Below are positions 62,526 to 64,000 of a stretch of 64,000 nucleotides of DNA, one piece after another. The stretch comes from Waterburya sp. Its GTDB lineage: Bacteria > Cyanobacteriota > Cyanobacteriia > Cyanobacteriales > Xenococcaceae. The notes beneath the pieces were generated by a model, which saw nothing but the letters and a program-made list of their open reading frames with translations, had not been told where the DNA came from and searched no databases. Made by a program: the position numbers and the translations under genes. Location: positions 1,056,001-1,120,000 of the forward strand of contig CBDCJV010000002.1 of NCBI GenBank assembly GCA_965217895.1. The letters run 5' to 3'. Each line of letters begins with the position of its first letter. The stretch's first letter is position 1.

Positions 62526-63122
62526 TCACTGGCTGGAAGCTGTAATTTCTTTACCTACAGCCTTATATCTATTCCAGCCTATTTTGGCTCTGGGATCGGG
62601 GAAATCTTTGACAATAACGCCAAGACTAGGCGATCGCTGAAAAGCAACTAATAAAGGAATTTCCTCTTTAAACATAGGCAATTGTTCTTCTTCAAGGAAT
62701 TTTTTGGCATCTTGACTATTTTTAGTGCGGGAGTCTACTTTAGTTAGCAATACCTTATAGTTAGCATCGAGAGTTTTGAGCAACTCCACTGCTTTTACTG
62801 TCGTATCTAAATCTAGGTGATTGGGAGTTGTCGGTAAAATTAACAGATCGCTACCAGCAGCTAAATCTTCTAGTTCTTCAGCTTCAGGTCTGGCTGGAGT
62901 ATCTATAATAATGTGAGTAAATTTTTTAATTAAACCAGGCGCACCTGCTTGGGATGCTACGTAAAAAGGTAGCTTATCTTCTTTTGACCAAACCAAAGCA
63001 GAGCGGTTTTTATCTGCATCAATTAATAATGTTGGTGCTAAGGTCTGGAAATACGCAGCTAAGTGAACTGCAGTTGTAGTTTTTCCTACTCCTCCCTTTA
63101 AAGCAGTAATTGCAATAATCAT
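62526..63122 (-). CDS. Short ParA-family ATPase (orphan)
   Basis: KGGVGKTT, LIDAD, IIDTP; no parB adjacent. Confidence 0.88.
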   Translation of the reverse strand: MIIAITALKGGVGKTTTAVHLAAYFQTLAPTLLIDADKNRSALVWSKEDKLPFYVASQAGAPGLIKKFTHIIIDTPARPEAEELEDLAAGSDLLILPTTPNHLDLDTTVKAVELLKTLDANYKVLLTKVDSRTKNSQDAKKFLEEEQLPMFKEEIPLLVAFQRSPSLGVIVKDFPDPRAKIGWNRYKAVGKEITASSQ

Positions 63123-63392
63123 TGGCTGCTAATAATATAAATTGATTGGTAAGCGTCGCTGTAGAATCTTCCACCCAGAAAGTATAATTCGTTTGCTTTG
63201 CACTTTACTCTTGCCATGAGGCTACGCAACGGCAGATATTATCCTGCTTGATAGAACGAGAATCATTGTATGTCGTAAGTTTACCTATAAGCGTGTCTTG
63301 CAAGGGCATATATGGCGATACCTGGTATATTTACAAATTTTTTGTTACATTAATTAACACAAATTAATATTGATTTCTCCTGAATTATTTGC

Positions 63393-63422
63393 TCCTCGGT
63401 TAGTCAGCCGAGGATTTTTTTT
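63393..63422 (+). terminator. Rho-independent terminator-like hairpin
   Basis: TCCTCGGT-TAGTCA-GCCGAGGA followed by T8. Confidence 0.65.
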
Positions 63423-63555
63423 GCAGGCAATTAATCGATAGAGATTGTTACAATTGTCGATCAATAGAATATCAATTAGATTATTCAGTCCTGCTTGACT
63501 TTCTGTTTAATTGCGGTAGCCTACTAATCATGTCTCTGGAGGAAATCAAAACGCC

Positions 63556-64000
63556 GTGTCTTCTGAAATCATGTTAGAGAAACAAGACTCAAAAAGTAAT
63601 CAAGCGATCGCCCAATCATTTTTCGCGGGTGTTGTCAAAGCTACTGGAGGCACGATCTTAGGCATTTCTATGATTACCAGTGCTGTTGCTGCTGGAGGGT
63701 TAGTCGGTTTAGCCTTTAGTTTTCGTAATCTACCAGATGTCAGAGTATTACGTAATTATGTTCCCTCCGAAACTAGCTACATATACGATATTAAGGGCAG
63801 ATTACTAACCAATTTACATGGAGAAGCCCATCGAGAAGTTGTCTCGTTAGACCAGATATCTCCTAATCTTAAATTAGCGGTAGTAGCGATCGAGGACAGT
63901 AATTTTTATCGGCATAATGGACTAAATCCCTACAGTATTGGTCGCGCAGCCCTAGCTAACTATAAAAGAGGTGGTGTATCCGAAGGTGGCTCTACCTTAA
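63556..64000 (+). CDS. Class A penicillin-binding protein (PBP1A), 3'-truncated by the window edge
   Basis: Manual translation ...GGLVGLAFSFRNLPDVRVLRNYVPSETSYIYD...AVVAIEDSNFYRHNG...EGGSTL. Confidence 0.9.
   Translation, partial: MSSEIMLEKQDSKSNQAIAQSFFAGVVKATGGTILGISMITSAVAAGGLVGLAFSFRNLPDVRVLRNYVPSETSYIYDIKGRLLTNLHGEAHREVVSLDQISPNLKLAVVAIEDSNFYRHNGLNPYSIGRAALANYKRGGVSEGGSTL

Noticed and set aside
62526..63122. Plasmid partition system linked to CyRepA1
   Set aside because: About 50 kb away, no parB or parS seen, housekeeping context.
1..64000. Many GCGATCGC octamers
   Set aside because: HIP1 is a well-known genome-wide cyanobacterial feature; used only as a taxonomic clue.

Overview
AT-rich cyanobacterial chromosome segment, judged from the abundant HIP1 octamer GCGATCGC, chlM, nblA, kaiB-like, pilT and devBCA genes. 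gghA plus glpD suggest a salt-tolerant lineage. Most of the window is housekeeping. Main accessory findings: (1) A decayed integron locus at ~18.4-22.3 kb that the ORF track misses. It has an N-terminal intI remnant, an attI-like site with direct repeats, cassettes with attC sites, an IS630 inside one cassette, then a C-terminal intI remnant followed by a second attI-like site and a further cassette. (2) A PatA-CheY-CheW-MCP-CheA taxis operon whose receptor has a TtrS/PhnD-like oxyanion-binding sensor domain. It lies opposite a sulfotransferase-chrA pair, with a MerR-type-promoter copper module between them. (3) A chromosomal CyRepA1/DUF3854 primase-helicase gene preceded by two NrdR-box-like palindromes. 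(4) A four-helix-bundle gene enclosed by inverted heptamer arrays and IS200/IS605-like ends. (5) Several MITE families, one carrying a heptamer array of 3 copies at one locus and 32 at another. (6) A sulfotransferase/coiled-coil/double-GT2 protein resembling a glycan chain-length ruler. No rRNA, tRNA or CRISPR array was seen. All calls are by eye and no database searches were run.
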